Positions 22,373 through 35,019 are shown, counted from the first letter of the stretch. The stretch is 64,000 nucleotides of DNA from Selaginella moellendorffii (GCF_000143415.4 NW_003314264.1:3455435-3519434); one strand, 5' to 3'. Numbers and translations are program-made. Notes: a model not told the origin generated them from the sequence alone.

Positions 22373-25300
22373 ATGCTCGTCTTTGGTGGATTGGCGCACG
22401 CGCCTTTGCAGCTCAGGTTGATTGTAGCAGTGATCCGTTCCCTTGTTTTTACTCATTTGCTTGTTTTCTAGAGCTTTGACGGCGTCCAATCTCTGCGGGA
22501 AGCATTTGCTATCCAGGATTCCCAGTATCCAGGGTCTGCAGCGTTGCAGGCTAGGGAAGAGAGAGAGGAGTCTCTCGACGATCGTTGCAGAGGTAATTGT
22601 AGGCGGTGAAGTGGATGGTAGCTTCAAGAAGAGCAGCAAGAAGAAAGTGAATGACAATGAGAAAAACGCGAATGGAGAAAATCTCTCGAAAGAGGAGGAG
22701 GAAGAGGCCTCGACCGCCGGACGAAGAAAACGGAATGCTGCTAAACTGGCAGGAACACCGGTTAGTGCAGAGCTAGAGCTAGGCAGTGGCTTAGCAAAAG
22801 GAAGGAAGCGCGTCACGAAAAAAATCCAGGAAGCAACTGCTTTGGGTGGCGAGGAGAAAAGCGTCGCAAAAACCAACCTTTCGAAAGGGGAGGTGGAAGA
22901 GGCCTTGACATCCAGGAGCCCCGGACGAAGAAAAAGGAATGCTGCTAAACCGGAAGCTGGCACGGGTACACCGGTTAATGGAGAACTAGGCAGCGGCGTA
23001 GCAAAATCAAGGAAGCGTGTCACGGAAAAAATCCAGGAAACGACTGTGCAGGACAACGCTGCAAGAAAAGATGGCGAATCCAATCTATTAGAAGCAGAAG
23101 GCTCAACGATCAGGAAGCCTACCTCCAGGATAATGAGAAGTTTGTCTCGGGCAGCTGACGATGGTACCAGTTTTAGCAAAGAAGATTCCGGGGACACTCA
23201 TGGAGATGAAAAGCCTGTTGCCAGAAGAAGGAAGCCATCTAGTGAAAGCTCCGAGACAACTAGAAAGCGAGGGACGAAAAGGCACAAACTTGAAGGTGTC
23301 CAAATGGCCGAGGTGACGACGGAGGATGCCATTCTAATTTCCAGCAATGATAGTACGACGGATGATGCGATCCATATGGAGGGTTCTCGTTCGAGCTCGA
23401 GCTGCGATTCTTCCACTGCTCTACCTTTGGAGGAGGCAGCTGTGGACGCGTCTTTGACACGAAACAGCGGCCAGGAATCCAAAGGTACGGTGAAACAGGA
23501 ACAAGTTTTAGTTGATGGGACCAATGGAACAGCTTTACAAGTTCCTTCCAGGTGCAGTGTTGAAGGTTCCAAGTGTCCGACCTTCGATCTTTCCCAGGCT
23601 ATGGATTCAATGGCCACCGAAAGCTCCAAGCCAGAAAATCTCAGCAACGTGAAAGTAGAAACTTTTCCAGACGTGTGCTCTCAGTGGGACCAGGCGAATT
23701 CAGCTCGGCCTCTCTACTTGGAAATAGAGAAGAGGAGAGTAGAAGAGCAAGAAAGGCGTGCAAGCTCTCCGTCACCTAGAAAGAAAAAGTTCAATCTCGT
23801 GTCCGAGGTCAGGTTTACGCTGGATACTTGCTCGAAGTTTGGAGACGTCAACGGAGCTCTGTCTGCTTACAGCTCAAACAGAGAAGCTGTGAAGTTCGAC
23901 CTCTACAACTACAACGTGTTGCTGTATCTGTGTTCCTCCGCAGCATTGGGAGTTTTGGCACCGGGCAAGCAAAGCAGGCAAAGGCCTGATTTTTCAGATA
24001 ATCAAGCTGAGAATGGACTGGAAGCTTACGCGGAAGATGAAGTGGAAGAAGATGGTGTTGTTCTGCGCGGCAACATGGCTGGCCTGAGCGGAAGAAATCT
24101 AATGGGATTTACGAAGGAGATGATGGACGGGTTCCTGAGGAAAGGACTGGAAATCTTCGAGCAGATGCAAGCAGAGAATGTGGCACCAAATGAAGCAACT
24201 TTCACAGCTCTTGCAAGGCTTTCAGTAGCAAAACGTGACGGTGACTTGGCCTTTGAAATCGTGAAGGCGATGATAGCTGCAAAGATCCCACCCAAGCTCC
24301 GGTGTTATGGTCCTGCTTTGTACGTCTACTTCAAGCGGAACGACCCGGAAAAGGCTTTCGAAGTTTACAACCACATGCTCGTTCATGGTGTTCAACCCGA
24401 GGAGGCGGAACTGGAAGTTCTTTTGCATCTCAGCTCGAAAGCCTGTCTTGGGGATCGAGTGTATTTACTCCTCCATCACCTTCGAGAGACTGTCAGGGAT
24501 GTCTCGCAGTCAACTGTCAGTGTCATCGAGCGATGGTTCAAGAGCGATTTCGCTGGTAGAGTTACAGGAAATTCTCTGCCGGGAGACTTTGACGTCAGAT
24601 GCTCATCTCTTGCGAAAGGAGGGGGCTGGCATGGCTTGGGATGGCTGGGACAGGGAAGATGGAACGTTGGATATACGTCGCTAACCGCAGAAGGCGTGTG
24701 CTGCCGCTGCAACGAACAAATGGTTACCATCGATATTACTCCTGAAGATACCGACGTTTTTGCCAAGTGCATTGCCTCCTTGGCGTTCAAAAGGGAGAGC
24801 AATAACAGTTTTGGTATTTTCAAGGTATGTGTGTTGCAAATATGAACCTTTTTCACGACTTGTCATTTTGCAGGATTGGCTGGACAGGAATGGACCTTTC
24901 GAAACAGTCGTCGACGGAGCAAACGTGGGGTTCTACAACCAGAGATTCAACGGAGAGCTGAATTTTGCACAGGTGCTGCTAAGGTTGCGATTGGTCTTTC
25001 TTCAGTAAACTTACCATTTCTTGCAGCTGGAGACCGTAGTGGCAGATGTACAACGACGATCTGGCAAGTGGCCTCTTATCGTGCTGCACGTTGGAAGGAC
25101 GATGAAAGGCTCGGGCAGATCGAGCTACGCTCAACAGTTACTGCGGCACTGGTCTAATGCAAAGGCCTTGTACATAGCACCGGCGGGATCAAACGACGAC
25201 TGGTAAGGTTCTTATCGATAGCTTTCTGCTGGTTACTGTTTTGGTTCCTAGGTACTGGCTGTATGCTGCTGTCAAGTGCAAGTCGCTGCTGGTTAGCAAC

Positions 25301-25637
25301 GATGAAATGAGAGATCATATCTTCCAGCTGCTGGGAAGAGAATTTTTTCCCACTTGGAAAGAGCGGCACCAGGTAAGAAGTTTAGATTCGAGGTCCAATC
25401 TAAAGCTTGGAAAACTTTGCAGGTTCGGTTTCACGTTACAAAGCATGGTCCAGTGTTTCACATGCCACCGCCATACTCAATTATCATCCAGGTAAGCGGG
25501 ATATTTCTCTTTGGCCTACCAAGGAATTCCTTTTCGTGCAGGAAACCGAGAGGGGCTCGTGGCACATACCTGTAAGTGGTGGGGACGATATTTCATCTCC
25601 TCGGAAATGGCTTTGTGTTACGAGAGGCTCCACATAG
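22373..25637 (+). CDS. PRORP: Protein-only RNase P (PPR + NYN nuclease), about 985 aa; exons 22373-22416 (tentative), 22472-24824, 24874-24972, 25027-25202, 25252-25372, 25423-25491, 25542-25637
   Basis: YNVLLYLCS, NEATFTALARL, PKLRCYGPAL, GGGWHGLGWLG, CxxC, VVDGANV, SNDDWYWLYAAV, SNDEMRDH, WKERHQV, SWHIP, WLC. Confidence 0.95.
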
Positions 25638-25923
25638 GCACAGGTTGAGTGTTCGATTCACTCACGTCCACTTTCGTTGTAGAAAATATCAACGTTAAGA
25701 GTTTCACGTCAGGCTACCTTTCCAAAAAAGTCGGAAGACAAACCGGTCTTATAACACACTTTTCTCGTGGTAAGAGACAGTGAATTTGGATCTGGAGCAT
25801 TGCTGGTCCTGAATCTCTCCTTCTAGGTGTGGCCAACCGTGAGGATTTGGAGCGTGTGCTATGCTGCAACTTGGATTTATCTCCTGTTCGTGGTAAAGAT
25901 CTGAAACTCCAACTATAGGAACT

Positions 25924-28432
25924 ATGGGGGGAGGCGCAGGTAGCTCTGAATCCGAGCCCCTTGTAGCTCCACAAGTCGAGGCGGAAGGGGACGACCAGTC
26001 TCCAGTTGAGGAAGTAGCTCTTACAGTGGATACGCGGGATGACCCAACACTTCCGGTGGGAACGTTTCGGATGTGGTTCCTAGGACTTCTGTCGTGTATT
26101 CTGCTATCGTTCCTCAATCAGTTCTTCTCCTACCGAACAGAACCATTCATCATCGGCTTGATATCCGTGCAAATAGTCGCATTGCCGTTCGGGAGGTTCA
26201 TGGCCAACGTTCTTCCCGAGAGAAGCTTTCGAGTTCCATTTACCAGTTCCAGCTTCAGTTTAAATCCGGGCCCGTTCAACGTCAAGGAGCACGTTTTGAT
26301 CACCATATTCGCGAACGCGGGAAGCGGTTTCGGGAATGGAGGTGCCTATGCAATGGGAATTGTCAACATAACCAGAGCTTTCTACAAACGAAGCATGGGC
26401 TTTACTGCGGGACTTCTTCTCGTGATGACAACACAGGTTTGATACTTCGCTTTATACTTTTGAGATTGCATTAAATCTAAGACTGTGTTTGCCAGGTTTT
26501 GGGATATGGTTGGGCTGGACTCATGAAGAAGCACCTAGTGGAGCCCGCTCATATGTGGTGGCCTGGAAACTTGGTTCAAGTTTCTCTCTTCAGGTAGAAT
26601 CATACCACTTAATCCTGGCAAACATTCTTTTTTTCTCTTCCAGGACTTTGCACGAAGAAGATCAGCAGCAAAAAAAGGGCTTTTCTCGGAGCCAATTCTT
26701 TGCCATCGTCATGACGCTGAGTTTTTGCTACTACGTACTCCCAGGGTACATGTTTATGATGCTAACTTCCATGTCTTGGGTTTGCTGGATTTTTCCAAAG
26801 TCCGTGCTGGCTCAGCAACTCGGCTCGGGTTTAAAAGGTCTCGGCCTCGGCTCTTTCAGTCTAGACTGGGCGACTATCTCAGCGTACCTCGGCAGCCCGC
26901 TGGTTACACCGTGGTTCGCGATTTGCAACGTTATCTTTGGCTATCTCGTCGTCATGTACATTGTCACGCCGGCCTGCTACTGGAGCAACATATACGACGC
27001 AAAGATCTATCCTTTGTTCTCGAGCTATCTCTTTACAAAAGATGGCCAGGTTTACGACGTGACCAGCGTCGTGGACAAGAACTTTGATCTCGACTTGGAA
27101 GCTTATGCTCGCAAAGGCCCGGTTCACATGAGCACCTTCTTTGCCTTTTCATATGGGCTCGGGTTTGCCGCTGTAGCCTCTACACTGACTCATGTGGCTT
27201 GTTTCCATGGAAAGTAAGTCTCTTCTCTATGGCGTTTCGATGCTAAAGCTTTTGTTTTTCAGATACATTTGGGAGCGTAGCCGAGCTGCGCTAACTGAGA
27301 AGCCAGACATCCACACCCGACTCATGAGGAAGTACCCAGACGTTCCTCAGTGGTGGTTTCATACTCTTATGGTTATCAGCATCGCCGCCTCAATCGCCAC
27401 CTGCGCATACTACAAGGCAGAGCTTCAACTGCCATGGTGGGGTGTCTTGCTCGCTTGTGTTGTGGCTTCTTCGTTCACCCTGCCAATCGGAGTCATTACT
27501 GCAACTACAAACATCGTGAGTTAACTCTCGCTTCGTGTTTCTTCTTTCAACTTCTCTTGAATTGTCAACTTACAGACCCCGGGACTCAATATCATCACAG
27601 AGTACCTCATGGGATATCTCCTTCCTGGCCAGCCCATGGCAAACGTTTGCTTCAAGACGTATGGCTACATAAGTATGACACAGGCCATCTCATTCTTGCA
27701 AGACTTCAAACTCGGCCATTACATGAAAGTTCCACACCGCTCCATGTTCCACGTCCAAGTGAGTCACATAGCCACAAGAGAAAGGATGATCTCAAAACAA
27801 GTTTTGTTCACTTGCAGTTCATTGGAACAATCGTCGCTGCGATCGTCAACATGTGTTGCGCGTGGTGGCTTCTTGGCTCCATCGAGAACATCTGTGACAA
27901 GTCTCTACTGCCTCCAAACAGCCCCTGGACCTGTCCCAGTGATAGAGTTTTCTTCGACGCATCCGTCATCTGGGGGCTCATTGGGCCAAAGAGGATGTTT
28001 GGCTCCCACGGCGAGTACAAGGAGCTCCAGTGGTTTTTCCTGGGTGGAGCTCTCGGCCCCGTGCTGGTCTGGCTGGCTTCCAGGACCTTCCCAAACGTGA
28101 AGTGGATTCCTCTCATCAATCTCCCGGTGATTCTCGGCGCCACGGCTTACATGCCCCCAGCAACGTCCGTCAACTACATCTCCTGGAGCATCGTCGGCAT
28201 CATCTTCAACTACTTCATCTTCCGGTACCACAAGGGATGGTGGCAGCGGTACAACTACGTCTTCTCGGCGGCCATGGACGCTGGTGTGGCTTTCATGGGG
28301 GTGCTGCTCTACCTGTGCCTGGGGATCGAGAACCGAAGCTTGAGCTGGTGGGGAAACAACGTCGACAATTGTCCCCTGGCCGACTGTCCAACTGCGAAAG
28401 GCATTGTCATCGCAGGATGCCCGGTCTACTGA
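25924..28432 (+). CDS. OPT: Oligopeptide transporter (OPT family, PT clade); exons 25924-26436, 26496-26593, 26644-27213, 27263-27515, 27576-27758, 27818-28432
   Basis: [18 protein letters not shown] and [11 protein letters not shown] signatures, many TM helices, GT-AG introns. Confidence 0.95.
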
Positions 28433-28459
28433 ACAACTCTCACGCCATCCGCTGCTCAA

Positions 28460-29343
28460 TCAAGAGGGATCTTCGTCTTCCACGATGATGATCTCCACCG
28501 TGCGCATCTGGCGCTTCTTCTTCCTCTTCTTCCCTTCACTGTGATCATTCTTTTTCTGTAAAGCATTGTCGACTTCTTTTCCTCTCACTTTCGGTCTCTT
28601 ATTGGTGTCAACTGATCTTAAAGCCTCAGGACCATCGAGAATATGAGTACCGGAGCGTCGTGTCAGGATCAAAAAGTGAGCAACCGACTTGTAACCAAGT
28701 TCGATTGCCTGGAGAAACAAACAAATAAAACACGGTGGCCAGTCAACAACACACGAGCACGTACCCGCCTGGCCATCAAACCAGTTGGAGCCCAGCCTTT
28801 TCTCCGTCGACATCGGCTACAGTTACATATGTCTCTACAAACGGGGCACTTCCAGTTTTCATCCCCGAGCACCTCGTTCACGTTCTCTCCGTATCTGGCT
28901 CACAAATAAAAAAGAACTAAAGAAGATCAGAAAAAAGAGAAAAAGACGAACCTCTTGTAGAGACAGTCACCGCAAAACTGGTACCTTGTCTTGCAAACCT
29001 TGCAGTAACTGCGAGGCCCCTTGGTTTTTTGCCTAAGAACAATCAGTGAGAAGCTAAACAAAGGGGAAAAAAAAAGTTTTTCTTGTCTTTCTTGCCTGCA
29101 TTGGTGACAGGTATTCGTGTTCTCATTGTCATAGATCCGTCCAATGTGCTTCCACTCCTCCTTGGCATACCCCAGCAGCTTCTCGTGATCTTGGGTGTAA
29201 ATCTCGGGCCTGCGACTGAGCCGGCCGATCAATCCCGCGAGAAAGAAGCGAGCTTACCTGTAGCCGCGCCTCCGAGCTCTCTTCTTCCTCTCCGCGAGCT
29301 CTGGAAGCTCCATATCGCGGGCGGCAATCCCGGCACTGTCCAT
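28460..29343 (-). CDS. CDCA7-like zf-4CXXC_R1 protein (about 219 aa); exons 29343-29258, 29209-29096, 29032-28952, 28894-28765, 28708-28460
   Basis: RIYD..TCHQCRQKT..YCKVC..QFCGDCLYKRYGE..WKCPVCRDICNCSRC..GWAPTG..GYKSVAHFL. Confidence 0.88.
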
Positions 29344-29967
29344 CGCAACCCAAAAGCCCTAAGTACTAAGCTAATCGCGTTAGGGCTTTTGGGAGGGAGG
29401 AGGAGCGTGAACGATCGCGCCGAAAGCACAGGTACGTCTCGATCGCTCTGCTCGATCGCTCCACTCCGATCGGGCCGGGACGCGCTCGGCGCTCGCGTCC
29501 CAGGTACAAGAATAGCGGCTTTGCTTGTGATGGAGAAGAACTTGGAAGATGAGGAGAATGCCTAGATGGAATGGATGGATGAATGGATGGACGGATCAAT
29601 TCTCTCCTAGGAAGCGTTTAATTCGGCTGTCAGTGGCCAGCTCCAGCAAAGTCGATCGGGCCTGGAATTAAGAAAGAAAAGGAGAAAAAGAAGAGCTTTG
29701 TCGCGTGCTACGCGTCCAAAGAGTGCCACGTGGACGGCCAGGTGGCGAGCTCAGCCATACGGGTGTGAATATGGATCACTCTAGCAACAGTGATAGGTGG
29801 CCGATAGAAAGGGAATGCGATTCTTCCTTGCAACAGTGGCTGGCCGTCAAATCGTTGTAGGTGCCGGCTATTTGACTCGGAAAAGATCGCAGGGGTCGTT
29901 TGTCTAGAAGGCTTTGTTTCGTAGACGCCAGGGGAAAGGAGAGAAAGAGGAAAAGAGAGTTTTGGCT

Positions 29968-30996
29968 ATGGAGCAGCAGCGGCAGCTTCTCTGCGACGAT
30001 GTTTTCTGCGGTGCGATGCGGTGGATGGACGGGGAAACTCTGGCAATTGCCGGGTGTGTGAGCTCCAGCTTTCACAGGGAATCCAGGAACGAGCAGCTCT
30101 GGGAGGATTTGTGTGCCGGGAAGTGGCCGTCGGTATCGTGTGCTCGGCCACTCATCCAGCAGCTCGGGGGTTTCCACAGGCTCTACTCGGAGTGCTCCAG
30201 GCTCGTCTCGCCGGATGGTTCACCGCCGCCGACCAAAGCTGCGGTTTTTAGTCCGCAGGCCTCGGATTTTGCTTCGCTCGTCGACGTCCAGTTCCAGGGG
30301 AAGACTTTGTTTTCCAGGTTCGTGGATGGGATTCCAGGCACCGGCACCGAACTGACGACCGAGTGGTTCTCGAGCTGCCCGTTTAGAGTGGACTTGATAC
30401 AGGAGTCGTCGTGTCTTCCCCAGCAGGATCGTGGTGGTCGAATGGAAGAAGACACGCCGTCGAGCTCTTCATCCTCTTCCACGGAGATGGGAAAGCTCTG
30501 GAAGGAGATTTGCGAGGGGATGAAACTGAGCTGGATCCTTATCGACAAGGGGAGCAAGCAGGCAGCGAACTTGTCGAGCTGGAGGCCGGTCTTGGGTCAG
30601 AGGCACTGGCCGACCGACATGGATTTCATCCTTCGATACGGCTCGATCCTCTCGCAGTGTCTACCGAAGCCAGTCGAGTGCAGCATAATTCTCAAGTGTA
30701 GGTTGCTGCGATCGTCAGGCTCGTCGATCGAAATCAAGCTGACGGAGCTGAGCATGCAACTCAAGGACGTTGGCAGCGGCGAGCATCTGAATGGAAGGGA
30801 CGGATTGCCGGTGTTGTGCCAGGCTGTGAGCTTTGCCAAGTGTAGAGACGAGGAGCGCGTGTTGAGAACTCACAGGGAGCTGCTCAAGCGGCAGAACGAG
30901 CTCAAGGTCCACGAGCTCAAACACGAATGGTGTTTGGATGTTTACGTGCTGGTGCTCGTACTCGCGGCTCTGGCGCTTCTCCTGTGGACGGTTTAA
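29968..30996 (+). CDS. Intronless F-box protein (At2g27310/At2g36090-like) with C-terminal hydrophobic anchor
   Basis: DGETLAIAGCVSS..LWEDLC..WPS F-box; CPFRVDL, LSWILID, AANLSSWRPV and RHW motifs; hydrophobic tail. Confidence 0.85.
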   Translation: MEQQRQLLCDDVFCGAMRWMDGETLAIAGCVSSSFHRESRNEQLWEDLCAGKWPSVSCARPLIQQLGGFHRLYSECSRLVSPDGSPPPTKAAVFSPQASDFASLVDVQFQGKTLFSRFVDGIPGTGTELTTEWFSSCPFRVDLIQESSCLPQQDRGGRMEEDTPSSSSSSSTEMGKLWKEICEGMKLSWILIDKGSKQAANLSSWRPVLGQRHWPTDMDFILRYGSILSQCLPKPVECSIILKCRLLRSSGSSIEIKLTELSMQLKDVGSGEHLNGRDGLPVLCQAVSFAKCRDEERVLRTHRELLKRQNELKVHELKHEWCLDVYVLVLVLAALALLLWTV

Positions 30997-31849
30997 GATG
31001 TAAATTTTTTTGTTCATCTTTTTTTCTTTGTGAGATATCAAAACAGGATTTTTCCGCATGAATGAATGAATGATTCGATTGTATAGAAGGTTCCGAACTT
31101 GCCAGTGTACGTGTGTCGGTAATGGACCGGATAGGTTGCCCATGAGAAATCTATTCCGCAAGTTGGCTTTTAACGCGTCCTGTTAAAACCATTTCCTCTA
31201 CGAGCCTTGTAACTCGATCATGCACGTCCTCACTGAGATTGTATTCATCTTCCTCAATTTGTAATCTTGAGGATATACTAAACTGTTAAATAACTTAATC
31301 TCATTAAAGAAATTTATGTCAAGGGATAGTCTAAAATTGAGTTGAGCACAAATCAATGTAAGTATTACAAAGGAAATCTATATTTAAAGAATTAAGGTTG
31401 TGACAAACTTTTAAAATATTGAAACATACAATTTAGATTCACTCGACATCCTGTCATGATTTGGACAACAAGCGGTACACTGGTTCTGATACACTTGAAA
31501 AGGTACCAGGGGAGCCATCAGCTGAAGAAACGTGCCAGATTCTGAGAGATGTGGAGCTACTTGATCTAGAAAATCCAGCATACAGTCGAAGAGACAACAC
31601 TTCGACCAAACAAGAAAAGCATGCTTCCAACAATGCTTCAGGCCACAAGTCTGGTTCCATCAACGAACAAGAAGTATCTACTACGGATACGTGGACCAAA
31701 GTGTGGGAAGCTGATCAAAAGGATCCCGTAGCCAACGGTTTGGACAAGCAGTCGAGAGTATTTACCGGCTTTAGTTCCATCAGCAAGCGGCTTACTAGCA
31801 CGGACATGTCACTGCTTTTGAGCATGAACTTTCAGTTCTTTGTGTGGCA

Positions 31850-33090
31850 CTCAACGCAAGGAGTCAGGAGGTGGATATCTGTGTCTCTTGTGGTCCTCTG
31901 GGGAAGCACGGTGTACAACTATATGTATACCGTATTTCCCTTGACAACAACTTGCTATCGGAGGCAACGTTGCTACAGTCCTTTTCACTGACAGACTCTC
32001 TGAAGGTTTGTTCTGTGTTTCTTTCTATTTGACTTACATTATTTTCACAGCAGCGAGCGGAGTTTGGAATTCAACTCACTCCAGATGGAGACAACCTTCT
32101 GTTGCTGGGAACTTTTGCTGTTCATAGACCTGAGCTTCCCAGTTAGTCAAATATAGTGCGGGTGGTTTCTCTTGCTGAACGTGATCCGAAGGCTGAACTT
32201 TTTGCGACTGCCGCAATGAGATGCCTTTTGATGACAGGACGTCTTTCTTTGGTCACTGCTGGAGATGAAGGTTGTATCAAAGAATGGTGCATGGATCCGT
32301 CTTGGAGGTAATCGCTTTTCATGTTTGTATTTCCTTGCATTAATCATGTCCTATTCAGGCATTCTCTGTACACCTGCAAGGTATAACAGCAAGACTTTCC
32401 GGAGCATTTTAAAGCTAGCCATCGTTCCTCAAGCACCTCACCTTGTTCTTGGATGTGACGCAGATGGTTATTTTGCAATCTGGTATTTCTATCTCCGGTT
32501 TGCAGTCGTCCAAGAAACTCACTCTCTTCTCTTACATCTTACAGAAATATCTCCAAAAAACAGCTACTTTCTTCATGCCACATTTCGAGATATACTTTTT
32601 CAGACATTCATATTGTAGATCTTTCTTTGGTGGATGATTTCAGAGATCAAGACTACGATTTCTGTGTCTGTCTTCTGACCAACGATGCAAAACATCAGAA
32701 CCACTGGAGAATGGCCCTGCTAGAGAATAATGACTTGTTTGCTGGCAATGATCTTGCAAACAGGTATGAAAATCTACTGGAACGTTTTGTTCATAACATT
32801 CGATTGCAGGATATGCTCAGCAGCCGTCATGGGACGTTATGGGATTGCTGACACTGACGAGGGGCAAGTTTTTCTTTGGGAATTTTCCACCGGAAAAAGA
32901 GTGGTTGAAATGTTTGAACAAGGTATGAAACTCTTGTTTTTCAAGTCGTCTCTTATGCAAGCGTGCTATGTAGGATAAAAAATCGTACAAGTGAAAACTA
33001 CAACGTCGTCGCGTTTACTGGCAACTGTTGGAGAGGATGGGCATGTTGTTCCGTATGTGTAGGAGGTATGGCAATACAAGTTTGTAACTC
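31850..33090 (+). pseudogene. Decayed multi-exon WD40-like gene resembling the C-terminus of Arabidopsis At1g26330-type proteins
   Basis: QLTPDGDNLLLLG, ILKLAIVPQAPHLVLGCDADGYFAIW, WRMALL, GQVFLWEFSTGK; in-frame TAG at about 32143; the similarity is recalled from memory. Confidence 0.55.
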
Positions 33091-33095
33091 GAGCT

Positions 33096-34220
33096 TCATT
33101 TTCCCTGAACTTTCAGTTCGGAATCTGAAAGGAACGCTACAGCAGCTCGTCTCCCTGACAGAAGTGCTCCATCGAAAGTTGCTGAGACTTGATGATCTCC
33201 GCACAGGTACAAACCTGCATCAACTTTTGGTTCTTTCGAGAGGTTGGTCGGCGGAGTCTGATCGGGTTGAGCAAACAAGATCCTGTACGTCTTCAAGTGC
33301 TGCCACTTCGCTACTGTTTCCCGCCCAAACCATCCCTCAAGCTCGGACCTCACTATTTTCTCAAGGTCGGCATCTGAACTGGCGGAATATCTTCCGATCA
33401 ATGTTACGGAGACAAGATCTTTTCCAGCAGGGGCGTACGAAGAGCAGACGGTGCTGGGAAAGCACATATTGTTGATGACGCCTTTGCCAAATTGCCAGTC
33501 CCGTTCAAGAGCAGGACAGCTTTCTTGATTGGGGCTCTATCAGGAGAACAGTGCTGCGAGCAGGCCTATTGGTGCTTTCCCAAGCTGTTTTGCTGCTCAG
33601 CAAACGAGCTGCTTCCGGACCTTCGACTGCCACTATTGTCCCGTACTTGGACTTGACGTATCAATCCGACAAGCAGCTCTTGTACTCGGGAGCTCAACTT
33701 GAGTGATTCGTCTGGAAGGCCTCGAGCAAGCTGCTGTGATATTTCGCCGATGCCTTTAGCGGGAAGGCAGTTCTGTCCCAGAACCAGGCACTTGAATCTG
33801 GAAGCCCCTGTCCAGGACGTAGCCTTGGAGGGTGTCACTTCTCACTCGACTCCAACTCCATCCGACGCTTCAAGCAGCTGGAATGTGACGCCTTCTTTGT
33901 GCAAACGTCGTGCTCCCGCGAGACTAGCATGGCCTGCTCCAACTAGTACAACCTCAACCTCTGGAGGAGAAACGTTATCAGCAGATTGAGATACTCCATT
34001 CTCAGTTTTGGTCGACCGTCTGGACTGCTCGCAAGGAACTCGGGGATGGCTTAAGCCGAGAGCAAAGTGCTACTTGGTTGTGGTGGTGATTTTGATGTGG
34101 AAGCGGAACCATGTTGATCGGCAGGATGTCACCCACAACCAACGAAGAGGAGACCAGCGAATTGATGGAGATGAACAACCGGGAACTCAGGGTGCTGCAG
34201 TGCTTGGCTGCAATTATCAT
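33096..34220 (-). pseudogene. Internally deleted flavin amine-oxidase/phytoene-desaturase-like gene
   Basis: VVLVGAG..LLEASDGVG FAD motif, LPAKGIGEISQQLA, C-terminal LYLCGDH..TFDGALLSGRRAA; frameshifts, stops and missing middle. Confidence 0.75.
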
Positions 34221-34429
34221 CGGTGTTCTTCGTGATGGTGTCAAGGTTTGCTCTTGCAAGAAGCTTTGATTTCTTTGACATGTTAAACGTGAGAATGTGT
34301 GTGCTCCAGGGATTGCAAGGCTGCTTGGAAGGCAGAAAAGCAGGCTATTCGTGGTGGACGCTCTTCAACTATTTTGTCGTTGCTGCTGGGCTCGTATCGT
34401 TTGCGTACCGTCATCTACATGCTGAAGAG

Positions 34430-34730
34430 GACGCCGCAACTGACCGACCGCACCAGGCTTCCCCTCATTGTGGATGCTGCGATCAAGGATACGGTCAACT
34501 TGAAGCAACTATTCCAAGTAAGTGCGCTTCCTCTTTTCGGTTTTGGTTTGTTTGTTGCCAGTGCTGGCTGATTTGATGATTCTAACGCAAGATTTGTGTG
34601 TAGGTCGCTGCTATTGCTGTTCTATGCGTCCAGTCGGAGCCAAGCTACAGGCCTTTGATTGGAGACGTGGTGAACTCTCTGATCCCCCTGGTCCCTTGAG
34701 AGCTGGGTGGTGCTTTGAGGGCGATTGATC
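34430..34730 (+). pseudogene. C-terminal fragment of a receptor-like kinase, intron retained
   Basis: PQLTDRTRLPLIVDAAIKDTVNLKQLFQ / [31 protein letters not shown]. Confidence 0.7.
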
Positions 34731-35019
34731 AGGCAGGAGCCACTGCAGCACACTCCAACTCCCAACACGGCGTGTAAAACAAAGGATGTGAGTAACCATG
34801 CGTAGAATGCAACAATTTTGTAAAGAAGCATGGTTACATTTAAATAAAAACTATTCTTAATTAATTAGCCTCTAATGCACTTAAATTGGGGTTAGGGTGT
34901 CACAACTTCGTCACTGTCGATCAAACGCGATCCCAACCATCTATGTTTACCCATTAGGGAGAAGCTAGGTAAAAAAATTGGCAAGCGATGGTGATGTGCA
35001 AGTTTGGGGATGACAATTG

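Noticed and set aside
21600-23197. ORFs 21600-22337 and 22250-23197 on the minus strand
   Set aside because: One runs through the tRNA-Ala gene and the other is the antisense of PRORP's low-complexity exon
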